DNA of 64,000 bases, taken from sequence record MW845758.1. One strand, given 5' to 3'. The position numbers were made by a program, and so were the translations under genes. The notes beneath the pieces are model-generated. The model did not search any database and was not told the DNA's origin. It worked only from the letters and a program-made list of their open reading frames with translations. Shown here one piece after another: positions 23,862-33,886 of this stretch; the stretch's first letter is position 1, and the number at the start of each line of letters is the position of its first letter.

Positions 23862-26039
23862 ATGCAAAGGTTCAATATATTTCGTGACCAGAATATCGCG
23901 CTGGCGAAGTCGTTGATTATCAAATCCGATATCATCGCGCAGCAGAACAATCTGGGAATTACTGAAAATGGCGGTACCGTTCTTGAGGACCGCAGGACAT
24001 GGCGTTATTACCAACACCTTGCGGGCATGCGTCATGAAACAGACAAGCCGTTGTTAATAAGGTCACTGGATACCAAGCAAGACATCGAGCTGACCATAGC
24101 CAACTTGGCGGTACATAAGAAAACCTCGAACATGTACCGGGGCGACCCGGACACGTATATCGATGCGTTGATTGTGGCCAACCCGGATTACGCCACGTAC
24201 ATCAAAGGCGTGTTCAATCCGGTTCCTCTGTCCGTGTCTATTGCGGCACCAGACTGCGCTATCCTTTATTACAACAAGTCATTGGTGGAGTCTCAAGAGA
24301 CCTCACTGATAACTCGACTGTACGAATGGATTCTCGCCTGTCATGTACGCTATATGGCTGAGGGCTGGCGCGTACACAACGATGCGTTCGTCTTGGCGTT
24401 TTACTTAAAGCTGTATCCCCAGCTCTCGAACACGCTGATGGACTTACGGTTGGAGAAAATCCATACCGTTGAAACCCATTCGTTTCACGTGACCGAGTTC
24501 TTGGCATCACATCAGGAACTTCATCAGTTCATGCCGTATCTGACGAACAAGATGAAGTTCACGCTATACCGCAATATCCGTCTGTGGGAACGCAACTCCG
24601 GCAAGTCCACTATCTTCGACTGGATGGTAGAAACCTTCCTGACGGGTTGGTCAATGCCTGCGGTGTCGTACACGGTGAGTCAGCAAATTCACGACCCAAC
24701 CACAGGTAGTGATGATGACGTAAATCCACTTCCGATTGCGTACTCGAAATCGCTGAACTACACCGAGCGAGATTCAGGACGTGACCTCAATCTGATTCCG
24801 ACCACAGACGTGATTCAGAAAGAGTACGGACTGGCTTACGACAACGCCGAGTACCAGCAGGAATACCAAGATGACCTCGACAGCCGTTTAGGCTTAACGC
24901 TTTATGCCGCACAGCCGACCAAGCTTGTAGAAGTCACCAGTATCGACCCAGAAGCTATCGAGCGTTGGGAGTTCACCCACTTACTGTTTAACGAGTGGCT
25001 GCACTTCACCGCACGGGGCACGTATAACGTCATGCACGAGATACTGAACCCCACGACCGGTGATACCATCAAAATCAACAGTAAAGAGCTTCTGGCCCTT
25101 TATCTGTACGCCGGCTTCAGAGGGTTCAGTGGAACGGCACTGGAGAAAATCCCCGACTTCAACGCGATGGGTGTACTCATCAAACGTTGGGTCAGTGTTG
25201 AGGAGATGAACCAGTACCTTATTCCAAGCTGGCCCGGTCGTTACGACCCGATGATTGCGTATTTCGCAGACACCCACACGGAACAGTTAACCGCTATCGA
25301 GAACGCTGATGAGATGTATTCCATCGCTGATACGATTATGGAAAACAAACGTCGCCGTTGGGTGTATGCCGGTAACCGTCATCCGTTGACCGAAAATGCT
25401 GCGGGCAAGATGTTGTTCCAATACTTCTATCGCGACTATCGTTGCCCACTCAACCTGCCGTACACTTCCTACGCAGACTTCTTTAAAACGTACAACATTG
25501 ATTATACGTTGATTTCTCAGGAAACGTGGCAGGATATCGCCAAGGACGCGTTCAACACCGCAACCGCGTACGAATCAAACGCCAGTATCTCACAGGCCGA
25601 GATTCAGCGGAACATGGTGAAGTTGATGTCGAAGCTTGCATCTTATACCGTGCACTTTGCGGCGAGGATGACAAGCGACACCTATGACGTAACTGACCCA
25701 GTGACCCCGATTATCGATGACATGTATCTGTCAGGTAAAGGTACGGTAAACATCGACCACGTTCCTGCGGATGTGGTCTCGGTGAAATCCAAGTCACGCG
25801 GGCATTGCGATACCGTCCTTGAGGTGAATCCGGGGTTCAAAGCCTCGGTACCCAAACGCATTCGAGCACACATGGCGATCCTGCCGGGCATTCAGGTGAC
25901 AGTCCGCCAGAAAGTCCGTGTCAATATCGAACACCCGCCGGGTGGTGTTGAAGCAGAATGGGAAAGCGGGGAGCGGGTGCTGACCAGTCGTGTGCGTAAG
26001 CGCGACTTGCCCGGATTCACAACCGACAACTTAGAGTGA
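23862..26039 (+). CDS. Conserved virion structural protein (phiKZ gp128-type, probably baseplate)
   Basis: 725 aa; divergent from the portal gene. Family assignment rests on synteny. Confidence 0.6.
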   Translation: MQRFNIFRDQNIALAKSLIIKSDIIAQQNNLGITENGGTVLEDRRTWRYYQHLAGMRHETDKPLLIRSLDTKQDIELTIANLAVHKKTSNMYRGDPDTYIDALIVANPDYATYIKGVFNPVPLSVSIAAPDCAILYYNKSLVESQETSLITRLYEWILACHVRYMAEGWRVHNDAFVLAFYLKLYPQLSNTLMDLRLEKIHTVETHSFHVTEFLASHQELHQFMPYLTNKMKFTLYRNIRLWERNSGKSTIFDWMVETFLTGWSMPAVSYTVSQQIHDPTTGSDDDVNPLPIAYSKSLNYTERDSGRDLNLIPTTDVIQKEYGLAYDNAEYQQEYQDDLDSRLGLTLYAAQPTKLVEVTSIDPEAIERWEFTHLLFNEWLHFTARGTYNVMHEILNPTTGDTIKINSKELLALYLYAGFRGFSGTALEKIPDFNAMGVLIKRWVSVEEMNQYLIPSWPGRYDPMIAYFADTHTEQLTAIENADEMYSIADTIMENKRRRWVYAGNRHPLTENAAGKMLFQYFYRDYRCPLNLPYTSYADFFKTYNIDYTLISQETWQDIAKDAFNTATAYESNASISQAEIQRNMVKLMSKLASYTVHFAARMTSDTYDVTDPVTPIIDDMYLSGKGTVNIDHVPADVVSVKSKSRGHCDTVLEVNPGFKASVPKRIRAHMAILPGIQVTVRQKVRVNIEHPPGGVEAEWESGERVLTSRVRKRDLPGFTTDNLE

Positions 26040-26046
26040 GAACGTT

Positions 26047-26574
26047 ATGACTTACCGTGTGGATTTATCGAAAACCGCACCTGAGATTCTAATCAACCGC
26101 ATCAATTACGTGTTCGGCACATCTTATACTGCTGAACAATTGACCTTTGATGCGCGCGGAGCGGTGCCTTTAAGTAAAGAAGAGGCCCGGCGCGAAGGCG
26201 TTGAATCGAAAGCTGCGGCGTACTATCGAAAGGGGTTCACCGGTTCCCAGAACTTCATGTTCACCCGTGGGGATTTGAACAAACTTCTCAAAGGTGTGGT
26301 TGTGCCGGTACCGTTTGGTGCGGTGCAGTGGAGTCAGGACTTGGCTCCTTACATCTTTGATGAACTGGGTGTGAACCTCAACCCGCAACAGATTCTGATT
26401 GAACCTATCCCTGAAGATGCAACGGATTACACCGTGCGTCTGATACCACGCCACCTGTCGTTGAAGGGTACCATTGCTATCCAGTTCGTTGACCCAACTC
26501 CGAGACGTCTTAAAACGCTCGTGAAGAAAACGGAACTGGACGGTTTTAGCTTTCCAGGAGAATTAAATGGCTAA
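26047..26574 (+). CDS. Virion structural protein with a tail-fibre-family repeat module
   Basis: L..RIN...G..YT...LTF and F.RGDL patterns are shared with the ORFs at 30853, 62026, 62871 and 63713. Confidence 0.6.
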   Translation: MTYRVDLSKTAPEILINRINYVFGTSYTAEQLTFDARGAVPLSKEEARREGVESKAAAYYRKGFTGSQNFMFTRGDLNKLLKGVVVPVPFGAVQWSQDLAPYIFDELGVNLNPQQILIEPIPEDATDYTVRLIPRHLSLKGTIAIQFVDPTPRRLKTLVKKTELDGFSFPGELNG

Positions 26575-27454
26575 CAGTAAAGTCTACGACGGCAAGGTTA
26601 ACACGGTCACGCTCAGCGCGATGCGTTTATCTTCTGCCTTGCTCTGTGGTGCACCGGTCAAGTACCCACAGAAATCCACGTTGAATGAATTCTTTAACGT
26701 GATGACGTCCAAGATACCGGATGCGACTGAGCGCCCGACCATCAAGTACATGTGTATCGGGATGAAAGGTCACACAGCAGAACTCGGTGAAGACGATATC
26801 TACGACTTCGTGCCTTACGGTAAGAAAGCGTCGTATTCGGGTATGTTCAAAGCGATGCCGTTTGTGCTGCGCCGTGTGGACAACGACCTCACCGATTCGC
26901 AACGTGAGAACTACGCGTTCCGTATCAAAGAGACCATCGGTGGTGTGGACTACTGGGCGTACTACCTGAAACGTATTGACATGCGTTCGGTGGAAACCTC
27001 GGACTACGACATCCATCGTGTCGACGGCGATGAGCAGGTTGACTCGTTTGTCTACACCGATAACGAGCTCTATCCGAAACCGGGTGTGTTGCCTGACTTC
27101 AACTACGATGATGACGGCACGGTTGAACTGCCAGACGGTCGCTACGCCAAGTCCAACGTTGAGCTGGAAATTTCGTGGACTGACTTTGATGTTAACGAGT
27201 ACATGAATGTCTGCGCTATCAAACGCGGCAGCTCCAGCTCGTCTATCATCTCTGAAATCGCTATCTGTTCAGGTATCGATGCAGTCACCAGTGGCGAGTC
27301 TGCTACCGGTGCAGCGTTCAGCTACGACGAAGCCATCGGTGTGCAGGTGATGTATTACATCGACCTTTACGCAAACCTCGCCATTACGAACGATAACCTC
27401 GCGCTGACTATCTCTATCGGTCAGACCGTACCGTTCTGGTTAGGCCCGAACTGA
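26567..27454 (+). CDS. Conserved virion structural protein (295 aa)
   Basis: AGGAG RBS; FVLRRVDNDL..QRENY and YYLKRID motifs are recalled as typical of a phiKZ-like structural family. Confidence 0.55.
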   Translation: MANSKVYDGKVNTVTLSAMRLSSALLCGAPVKYPQKSTLNEFFNVMTSKIPDATERPTIKYMCIGMKGHTAELGEDDIYDFVPYGKKASYSGMFKAMPFVLRRVDNDLTDSQRENYAFRIKETIGGVDYWAYYLKRIDMRSVETSDYDIHRVDGDEQVDSFVYTDNELYPKPGVLPDFNYDDDGTVELPDGRYAKSNVELEISWTDFDVNEYMNVCAIKRGSSSSSIISEIAICSGIDAVTSGESATGAAFSYDEAIGVQVMYYIDLYANLAITNDNLALTISIGQTVPFWLGPN

Positions 27455-28098
27455 TGCTGATACCCGAACCGCGATTTCCAGATGAGTCGGTTCGAATCTG
27501 TGCAGTGGACCCCGGTACCTCGTACTTGGGTCTGGCAGTGTTGGATTGGAAGTGGGGTGACGTGCAGGCCGAGGTGGTCTGGGCGGGCACCCTGCGTGCC
27601 GTAGACCCCACGCACGAAAACAGCCATTCTGAAGTGTGCGGTAAACGCGACGCTCGAATGGAGATTCTCGAAGCAGGGTACGCGGAATTCCTGCGTATCG
27701 CGGTACCTACCTTTTGCTGTACGGAAACACCGTTCATGCAACGCCTGAAACTCTCGGCTTACGAGTCAGGGGTGGAGTTGCAGCGGATGTTACGTAATAC
27801 CCTGTATCAGGTCTATCCGGAAAAGGTCTTACATGGGTTCAACCCCATTATTGTGAAATCGTTCGTAGGTGTCGAAGCCAAAGGCACAGACAAAACTCAT
27901 ATGGCTGCGGCTGTGACCAAGCTTTACGCTGAGCATACGTTGGTTGACCTGCACGCTTTAGACGAGCACTCAATTGACGCCATTGCAGTAGGCAACATCT
28001 TCGTACGAAATTCACTCTTAAACCTTAACAGTCTACTGCCCCCGCGTGAGAAGAAACCAAAAACCTCAAAACGCAGAAGTAGACGCCGGAGGAAGTAA
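27454..28098 (+). CDS. ruvC: RuvC-like Holliday junction resolvase
   Basis: ICAVDPGTSYLGLAVL, TETPF, NPIIVKSFVG and DEHSIDAIAVG give the RuvC acidic catalytic set. Confidence 0.8.
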   Translation: MLIPEPRFPDESVRICAVDPGTSYLGLAVLDWKWGDVQAEVVWAGTLRAVDPTHENSHSEVCGKRDARMEILEAGYAEFLRIAVPTFCCTETPFMQRLKLSAYESGVELQRMLRNTLYQVYPEKVLHGFNPIIVKSFVGVEAKGTDKTHMAAAVTKLYAEHTLVDLHALDEHSIDAIAVGNIFVRNSLLNLNSLLPPREKKPKTSKRRSRRRRK

Positions 28099-28100
28099 TC

Positions 28101-28643
28101 ATGACCCAATCCTTGCAAACAGCTGCTCCGGCATTGCTGGACACTCTGATTCAGGCCGGTGACCGCGTGCTCACCCCAGACGAAGCAGCCCGTGTTCAAC
28201 AAGCCGCCTCTACCATCGGGGCTGCAGCTGTCAACACCGCTTTGCCTGCTAACTCCATTCTCGCCTCCTTACGACCTTTACTGGTTGATAAGGTTGGGGT
28301 AATGGCGGAAGCCTTTGAAAAGCTGGCGGTGGACTCCTTAGAGGGGATGGATGCAAAGTACAGCAAGGAAACCGTGATGACCTTATACCCCACGTTGCAA
28401 GCCGGTCAGAAGTTACTGATTTGGTTTCTGGCGTTCGCTGTCGTGGCTTTCACAGGCGTGGCGTTGTGGGATGCACTGCAACAGCAACAGGTTGACCGGA
28501 CAGACGTGCTTATCACGGTGTTGATTCCACTGGGCGGGTTGATTGCCTTTGCTGCTGTACCAGTGAAAACACTGGCCTACAGCTCACTGGCGATTACTGC
28601 GAAAGTGGTCGAACACAAGATGAACAAAGCGTCGACTAAATAA
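28101..28643 (+). CDS. Membrane protein with two C-terminal hydrophobic helices
   Basis: LLIWFLAFAVVAFTGVALW and VLITVLIPLGGLIAFAAV segments. Confidence 0.7.
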   Translation: MTQSLQTAAPALLDTLIQAGDRVLTPDEAARVQQAASTIGAAAVNTALPANSILASLRPLLVDKVGVMAEAFEKLAVDSLEGMDAKYSKETVMTLYPTLQAGQKLLIWFLAFAVVAFTGVALWDALQQQQVDRTDVLITVLIPLGGLIAFAAVPVKTLAYSSLAITAKVVEHKMNKASTK

Positions 28644-28680
28644 GCCGAGCCCTTCGGGGCTCGCTTCTTTTATTTATTTT
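28643..28680 (+). terminator. Intrinsic terminator
   Basis: GAGCCC-TTCG-GGGCTC followed by a T tract. Confidence 0.8.
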
Positions 28681-28699
28681 ACATCGTGTGACCATTATG
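28677..28699 (+). promoter_or_regulatory. Putative TATG-type promoter
   Basis: TTTTAC-N13-TATG. Confidence 0.45.
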
Positions 28700-28724
28700 T
28701 GTATCCGTTGAAAGGAAAAATCCC

Positions 28725-29420
28725 ATGAACTTAAAATTCGATAAACGTGCTGTATTGATACCGGTCGCAGGTTTAGTGGCGACTATCGCGAATGGCAACA
28801 ACTTTCGCTACAGCGATGACCAGCGCAGGGCAATGGTAGAATGTGTGTTGCGTGACACGTTAGAGCGCATGGGTGCACGTGAAGAACTGCACACGTTAAA
28901 CACCCCGCAGGGTAAAGTCGGCCGCCGTTATTCGGAATTGACCAAATACCTTGGGGAAAGTAAACCGTCCTCTATCGTCAGCAATGAATACAATCACAAG
29001 CTGCTGATAGAGCGTGTGCGTATCATTCTCGCCAAACACAGTCTCTATGAGGCGTGTGTCGCCGATGGTCAGTCTGATGAGAACATCATTGGATTGGGTT
29101 ATTCGCTGAGCTGGTTCTCCCCGAAAGGTAAGGTCTTACCGTTATCTCAAAAACACATCGTGATAACGTGGACACGACCAAGACTGAATCAACAGTCAAT
29201 GTCGGTGCCTACCTTCGTAAAAGCCATCACAGACGAACTCATTAGCCGGAAATATTCCCGCGAGCAGGTTGAGCAGACAATTAACGCGATGCCGCTACGC
29301 GAGCTACTCAGTTCCTATCCATACGGGGCTATGGCGGAAGATATCCGTGAATACCCGTACCAAACATGGGAAGGACTATTACAGTACGTGACTTCACGTC
29401 TGAAAGGGGGTTTAAAATGA
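28725..29420 (+). CDS. Hypothetical protein
   Basis: AAGGA RBS. Confidence 0.7.
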   Translation: MNLKFDKRAVLIPVAGLVATIANGNNFRYSDDQRRAMVECVLRDTLERMGAREELHTLNTPQGKVGRRYSELTKYLGESKPSSIVSNEYNHKLLIERVRIILAKHSLYEACVADGQSDENIIGLGYSLSWFSPKGKVLPLSQKHIVITWTRPRLNQQSMSVPTFVKAITDELISRKYSREQVEQTINAMPLRELLSSYPYGAMAEDIREYPYQTWEGLLQYVTSRLKGGLK

Positions 29421-29896
29421 TAGTGATGTCGGTTGAGATTGATAAGATCTCACCTGAGGTCTATCCCGAACTAACGACGTTTCTGGAAGACGCGAATAGC
29501 GTACGTAAAGAACCTGTTAAAGTCGTGATGGCCGTTCAGGACGATATCGTGCACGGGATGGCGATTTACGAACCGGGGCACTTGGTGTACCTGTATGTCG
29601 TACCGTCTTCTCGTCGCAGCGGTGTAGCCACGTTCCTTGTTAAACACGTAGCTGCGCAATCGCCGTTTAAGAAATTAACGGCAATCGTCAATCCCGACGC
29701 GGTTGATGCCCAGTGTTTCTTTCTCCAGAAAGGTTGGCGGATAGAGAACTGGTACACCGGCCTCGATAATAAGCGGTATTTCCGTATGACGACTATGGCG
29801 ACACAACCGGCTCAGTCACCGCCGGTTGAGGTTGGGTTAGCGCGTTTTGCGAAAACAGTTCCAATCTTTATCTCGGTGGGTAATAAAATAATATAA
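29417..29896 (+). CDS. GNAT family acetyltransferase
   Basis: LYVVPSSRRSGVATFLV (motif A) and AQCFFLQKGW (motif B). Confidence 0.8.
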   Translation: MIVMSVEIDKISPEVYPELTTFLEDANSVRKEPVKVVMAVQDDIVHGMAIYEPGHLVYLYVVPSSRRSGVATFLVKHVAAQSPFKKLTAIVNPDAVDAQCFFLQKGWRIENWYTGLDNKRYFRMTTMATQPAQSPPVEVGLARFAKTVPIFISVGNKII

Positions 29897-29917
29897 ATAC
29901 TCACGGGAATTACTACA

Positions 29918-30406
29918 ATGCAGCGTGTCGTTTACGAAACACGTCAACAGTGTGAAGCGGGTGTCGAGTCTATTCGTGTTTGTGAACAAGTGGCCAACTG
30001 TGATCTTGACCTTCAACGGTCGACCGTCCGTGGGCAGCCTGTCAAAATACTGACTCACCACCCAGTACATTTTGGATTACCTAAAACTACACCGGCAATA
30101 CGGCCTTGTGCGAAAGTGGACTACCAACTCCTGAAACGACAACTCGAACGCCATTACCGTCGCTCTTACTGGAAACAGTTAGTGATGATGATGGTCGAGG
30201 AACTCATCAAGGATTTGGAATGGGAAGTGGTGTTGGGGAACGCCGGCTTCAAGACTAAGTCTTTCACTTACCACTGGGAACGTTTCAAAAAACTGTACCT
30301 TAAGTCGATACCAAGCTGTCGTCGGTCTTGGCCGACGCGGAACATGCTTCCTCGACTTGAGCAACAGCCCTGGCTTCTCGCTTATCTAGAAGAGGATAAA
30401 AATTGA
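29918..30406 (+). CDS. Hypothetical protein
   Basis: ORF within the operon. Confidence 0.65.
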   Translation: MQRVVYETRQQCEAGVESIRVCEQVANCDLDLQRSTVRGQPVKILTHHPVHFGLPKTTPAIRPCAKVDYQLLKRQLERHYRRSYWKQLVMMMVEELIKDLEWEVVLGNAGFKTKSFTYHWERFKKLYLKSIPSCRRSWPTRNMLPRLEQQPWLLAYLEEDKN

Positions 30407-30798
30407 TGCGTTCAGTATTGACCCTATTGATGCTCTTGGTGTTATCTCAGACTGCACACGCGGAATTTAGCCCAAGTGAAATGCTGGGATACCAGCCCAA
30501 TAGTCCCGACGAACCAAAAGTAAAATTCGAATCAACCGATCGTGCTCGCACGGTATCGGAAGGCGGGGACTTTGCTATTGTGAATTTCGGAAGGACGCAG
30601 ACCTGTCCGGGCGGTGGATTTTATCTGGTGAATACCAAACGTAAAATCTACCAGTTCATCGATGCAGGCAGTTGTTATGCGAATATCCGTGCAGAACTCA
30701 GTGCACCGGCAACGGGATTCAAAACCGTGGCCACACAGATTCTCACGTTTTATGTCGGCGATACCATTATAGCCCGCTACCCGCTGTACGGGTATTGA
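30403..30798 (+). CDS. Secreted or periplasmic protein with a signal peptide
   Basis: MRSVLTLLMLLVLSQTAHA-EF looks like an SPase I signal; two Cys residues. Confidence 0.7.
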   Translation: MMRSVLTLLMLLVLSQTAHAEFSPSEMLGYQPNSPDEPKVKFESTDRARTVSEGGDFAIVNFGRTQTCPGGGFYLVNTKRKIYQFIDAGSCYANIRAELSAPATGFKTVATQILTFYVGDTIIARYPLYGY

Positions 30799-30803
30799 CC
30801 GCT

Positions 30804-30840
30804 GCCCTGCTTACTTCGGTAGGCAGGGTGCCTTTCTTTT
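30804..30840 (+). terminator. Intrinsic terminator
   Basis: CCCTGCTTAC-TTCG-GTAGGCAGGG followed by a T tract. Confidence 0.75.
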
Positions 30841-30852
30841 CGGAGACGGCCT

Positions 30853-31938
30853 ATGTCCTTCATCATAGACCGCACCCGAACGCACCAACAGTCGTTATTG
30901 GATTTGGTGAATTTTGCCAACGCCGATACCGTCGAAACGCTTTTAACGGTAGCCAATACTGGTATCACAAAGCGTGGGGAACTCTACCCGGGTGTATACG
31001 GGTTGCGGCTGTCTAACCTGTCGGCGGAAGACGACACGGTGGATGTGCAGCACACCAAGATAGAACTCGGAGATATCTTGTTATTCAGTCAGGATGACTT
31101 GAAGTGGTTCAACCCGTTAAACATTCCTTCGTTAACCAACGTGTGGGACAACGCAGCATTGCAGATGGTTGAGGGAGCAATCGCGAAGCTTGGCTTTACC
31201 ATCAGCAAAATATTCAATCCACCGAATGGTTGCTTTGTCACGTACAACGCTGATGAACAGGCATGGTTCATCACCTTCCGTTGCGACTCGTTTGTATTTG
31301 AAGAGTTATTCTTATATCGCCTGCCGCACTACTTTGGCGAGTACGTAACGGTAAAAGATTTACTCGGGTTCCAGTTTAACCCGATAGGCAGTACAGCCGA
31401 ACCAATACCTGACGCTTACCCCGTGGACTTCACCAAGGATACATGGACGCTCTTGGCCGGTCTGATTAACTTTGAAAACAACTTCGGGTACGTAACCGAG
31501 AACGTTGTATGGGATAAATTGAAAGTCCTGAGTGGTAGCACAGTCACCGGGGCCAATACCAGCATTGACTTGGACGTCTTGGGTGAGCCGTCAGAGGTAG
31601 TGGGTGATTACGTCACCTTTACCTACAAACGTATGAACTTGGCGACAGTGTGGCCATCTCCGCCACGGTTAACGGTTACTGATGTGGGACTCGACCGGAA
31701 TACGGAAACCATCGACATCCCTACATTGATTGCATCGCTGCAAGACCGGTTCTTGTTTAACGAAACCGACTATTCATTTACCTTCGAGTATTTGAAAAAG
31801 CGGATTACCGTCAAGGCGTTAGACACCAACGTGGCGTACTTAGGCACGTTACAGTTCACAGTGGATTTCGGTCTCGGACTGGCCGATTTAGTGAAGGTAA
31901 CGCGTTTGAACGGATTCGAAAAGGGCAAGTTCTATTAG
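30853..31938 (+). CDS. Virion structural protein of the tail-fibre-family repeat type (two modules)
   Basis: LLDLVNFAN and LLAGLINFEN module starts; YKRMNLA; DTNVAYLGTLQF. Confidence 0.65.
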   Translation: MSFIIDRTRTHQQSLLDLVNFANADTVETLLTVANTGITKRGELYPGVYGLRLSNLSAEDDTVDVQHTKIELGDILLFSQDDLKWFNPLNIPSLTNVWDNAALQMVEGAIAKLGFTISKIFNPPNGCFVTYNADEQAWFITFRCDSFVFEELFLYRLPHYFGEYVTVKDLLGFQFNPIGSTAEPIPDAYPVDFTKDTWTLLAGLINFENNFGYVTENVVWDKLKVLSGSTVTGANTSIDLDVLGEPSEVVGDYVTFTYKRMNLATVWPSPPRLTVTDVGLDRNTETIDIPTLIASLQDRFLFNETDYSFTFEYLKKRITVKALDTNVAYLGTLQFTVDFGLGLADLVKVTRLNGFEKGKFY

Positions 31939-31946
31939 CTCTGGGG

Positions 31947-31985
31947 TACCCTCTCTTCGGAGAGGGTAAAACCTCTTATTTTTTG
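31947..31985 (+). terminator. Intrinsic terminator
   Basis: TACCCTCTC-TTCG-GAGAGGGTA followed by a T-rich tract. Confidence 0.75.
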
Positions 31986-32019
31986 CGTAACGGGGGCTTG
32001 GTATAGGAGGAATACAAAC

Positions 32020-32586
32020 ATGAAAAAATATAGACTGGCTATTATCGGCTCACGGGAGACCGATGAGGCAACCATGAAAGAGATGTACGATACCGCACTG
32101 CTGGGTATCACGTTATTGCTGGAGCGGGGTTATGAAGTCGAAGTGGACAGCGGTGGTTGTTGGAAAGGCCCTGACCAGATTCAATTCACTCTTGCCCGTG
32201 TATTTGCAACCGATGAACGGGTGGCATTTGTTTGCTACCTTCCTGACGAGAAAAAGATGTGGTTACGTACCAAACATCCTAACGTCGAGTTCCGTGCTAT
32301 CCCTCGTACGTCCCTTTACGACGACATTGTTCGTAGTCTACACCCAGCGCCAGATTACTTAGACGATTGGTCTTATGCACTCCATGGACGTAATTTGAAT
32401 ATCATTATGGGTGACGAATTACGCACGCCGGCGGATGCGGTCTATTATTCTGCAGCGCTGGACAAGCGAGGCAACCCAAAAGGCGGTACGGCAATGGGCG
32501 TGGCGTATGCCAAGTCGGTCAACGTGCCTACTTATCATCACGGTCTACAGGCGCAAGAGTGGCTGGATTCCGTGCGTTTATTATGA
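32020..32586 (+). CDS. SLOG superfamily (DprA/Smf-like) nucleotide-binding protein
   Basis: LAIIGSRET, SGGCWKGPD, HGRN and GGTAMGVAYAKSVNVP are characteristic SLOG motifs. Confidence 0.75.
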   Translation: MKKYRLAIIGSRETDEATMKEMYDTALLGITLLLERGYEVEVDSGGCWKGPDQIQFTLARVFATDERVAFVCYLPDEKKMWLRTKHPNVEFRAIPRTSLYDDIVRSLHPAPDYLDDWSYALHGRNLNIIMGDELRTPADAVYYSAALDKRGNPKGGTAMGVAYAKSVNVPTYHHGLQAQEWLDSVRLL

Positions 32587-32602
32587 TTCCTCTGAGGCAC
32601 AC

Positions 32603-32866
32603 ATGCAAAAAACATCTTTGTGGCAGCGTCTTATGGACGCGTTTAATCCTCCACCACCGAAAGCCATTCCTATCCCACAGCCTGTACTCTGGCAGGGTAC
32701 GGAGCAGGAGTTCTTTAATTATCTGGACACGAGAGAATTTATCTCTGTGCCGGACGATGCAGAGAAACCCCGGACGATTCTGTACGTGGATGGTAAGACG
32801 CATGAAAACTTTGCGATGGCGGTGCGCTGGCCGAACCGTTATTACTACTATCTGATAGAAACCTAA
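32603..32866 (+). CDS. Small hypothetical protein
   Basis: GAGG RBS before ATG 32603. Confidence 0.65.
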   Translation: MQKTSLWQRLMDAFNPPPPKAIPIPQPVLWQGTEQEFFNYLDTREFISVPDDAEKPRTILYVDGKTHENFAMAVRWPNRYYYYLIET

Positions 32867-32881
32867 AACAGGGAGCCGCGT

Positions 32882-33877
32882 ATGTCGCTCGAACAAGACT
32901 TTGAGATTCTGTGTGACGACTTCGACAGACTCGTAGCGTTAGAATCTCTCGGGGTGCGTCCCGACAACGCGGCTGTCCGCGCCATTGCCAAACGCTGGCA
33001 TTTAGAACAACGTGGTTTTGTTGCTGGCGAATCCCGCGATAAGAAACCTGCCAAAACATCTAATCTGCTGGCTCAGGTCTTTAATGACTGGGCCGGGTAT
33101 TTCGGCACTCGCTATGTCGAGTGGACGAAGAAACAAGATGGTCAAGCTGCAGCTTTAGAAAAGCACGCAGAACAGTTGGACGCGAAGCTTGGTCAGGTGG
33201 AAACACTGAACAGCCACACCGTGCCTAGCGGTAGCTGGACATCCAAGGTCTGCTTTGAAGACCTGCCGAATTTCAAAGAATGTATCAAGCTTTCGAATGC
33301 AGCTGATGGGATGGATGCGGTGGTGAAGCAATACACCGTGATTACCCGTCAAATTGTACTGTCACCGGTTATCGACCGTCGTAAGCTGGAAGACGGTGAG
33401 CTGACTAAAATCGGTTACAGTTCGAACGCTGCTATTCACCGTGCATCCGGCATCTTGGGTAAGTTCGGGGAAGATGACGTACAGGCTCGCCCACTGGCGG
33501 GTAATGTTATTGTCGTCACTCGCAACCAAGGTGATAAAGGTAAAGTGCAATACGCCATCGCCCATGGTGGGGATTTCAAAAAGGTTATCCCCTCGTTGGA
33601 GAAATCCGAATGTGTCTCTGCTGTGAAGGCCATTCGAAAGATTGCTGCTTCACTTCGTAAACGCGGTGCAAAGAACGGCTTGTTCGGATACAAAGGTATC
33701 TACGAAGAAGTCGAGAAGATGAAGGCAGAACTGCTGAAGCTCGAAGGGGCTGATCTTAAAAAAGCTACCCTGCGTTACAAAAACGCACTGGAGTTAGAGA
33801 ACGCTTTCACCCACGCCTTAGACCGTGTTGGTGATGGTCTGGTTAACTGGGTGACGGCAAGTATCAAAGCCGGTTAA
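32882..33877 (+). CDS. Putative processed internal head protein, paralog A
   Basis: Acidic propeptide with SLE, ALE-S and AGE-S prohead-protease motifs, followed by a Lys-rich mature region. Confidence 0.65.
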   Translation: MSLEQDFEILCDDFDRLVALESLGVRPDNAAVRAIAKRWHLEQRGFVAGESRDKKPAKTSNLLAQVFNDWAGYFGTRYVEWTKKQDGQAAALEKHAEQLDAKLGQVETLNSHTVPSGSWTSKVCFEDLPNFKECIKLSNAADGMDAVVKQYTVITRQIVLSPVIDRRKLEDGELTKIGYSSNAAIHRASGILGKFGEDDVQARPLAGNVIVVTRNQGDKGKVQYAIAHGGDFKKVIPSLEKSECVSAVKAIRKIAASLRKRGAKNGLFGYKGIYEEVEKMKAELLKLEGADLKKATLRYKNALELENAFTHALDRVGDGLVNWVTASIKAG

Positions 33878-33886
33878 GGGGCACGT

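Noticed and set aside
23850-24035. 62-aa N-terminal extension of the portal in the ORF track
   Set aside because: It overlaps the divergent 725-aa gene, and the ATG at 23849 has a good GGAG RBS.
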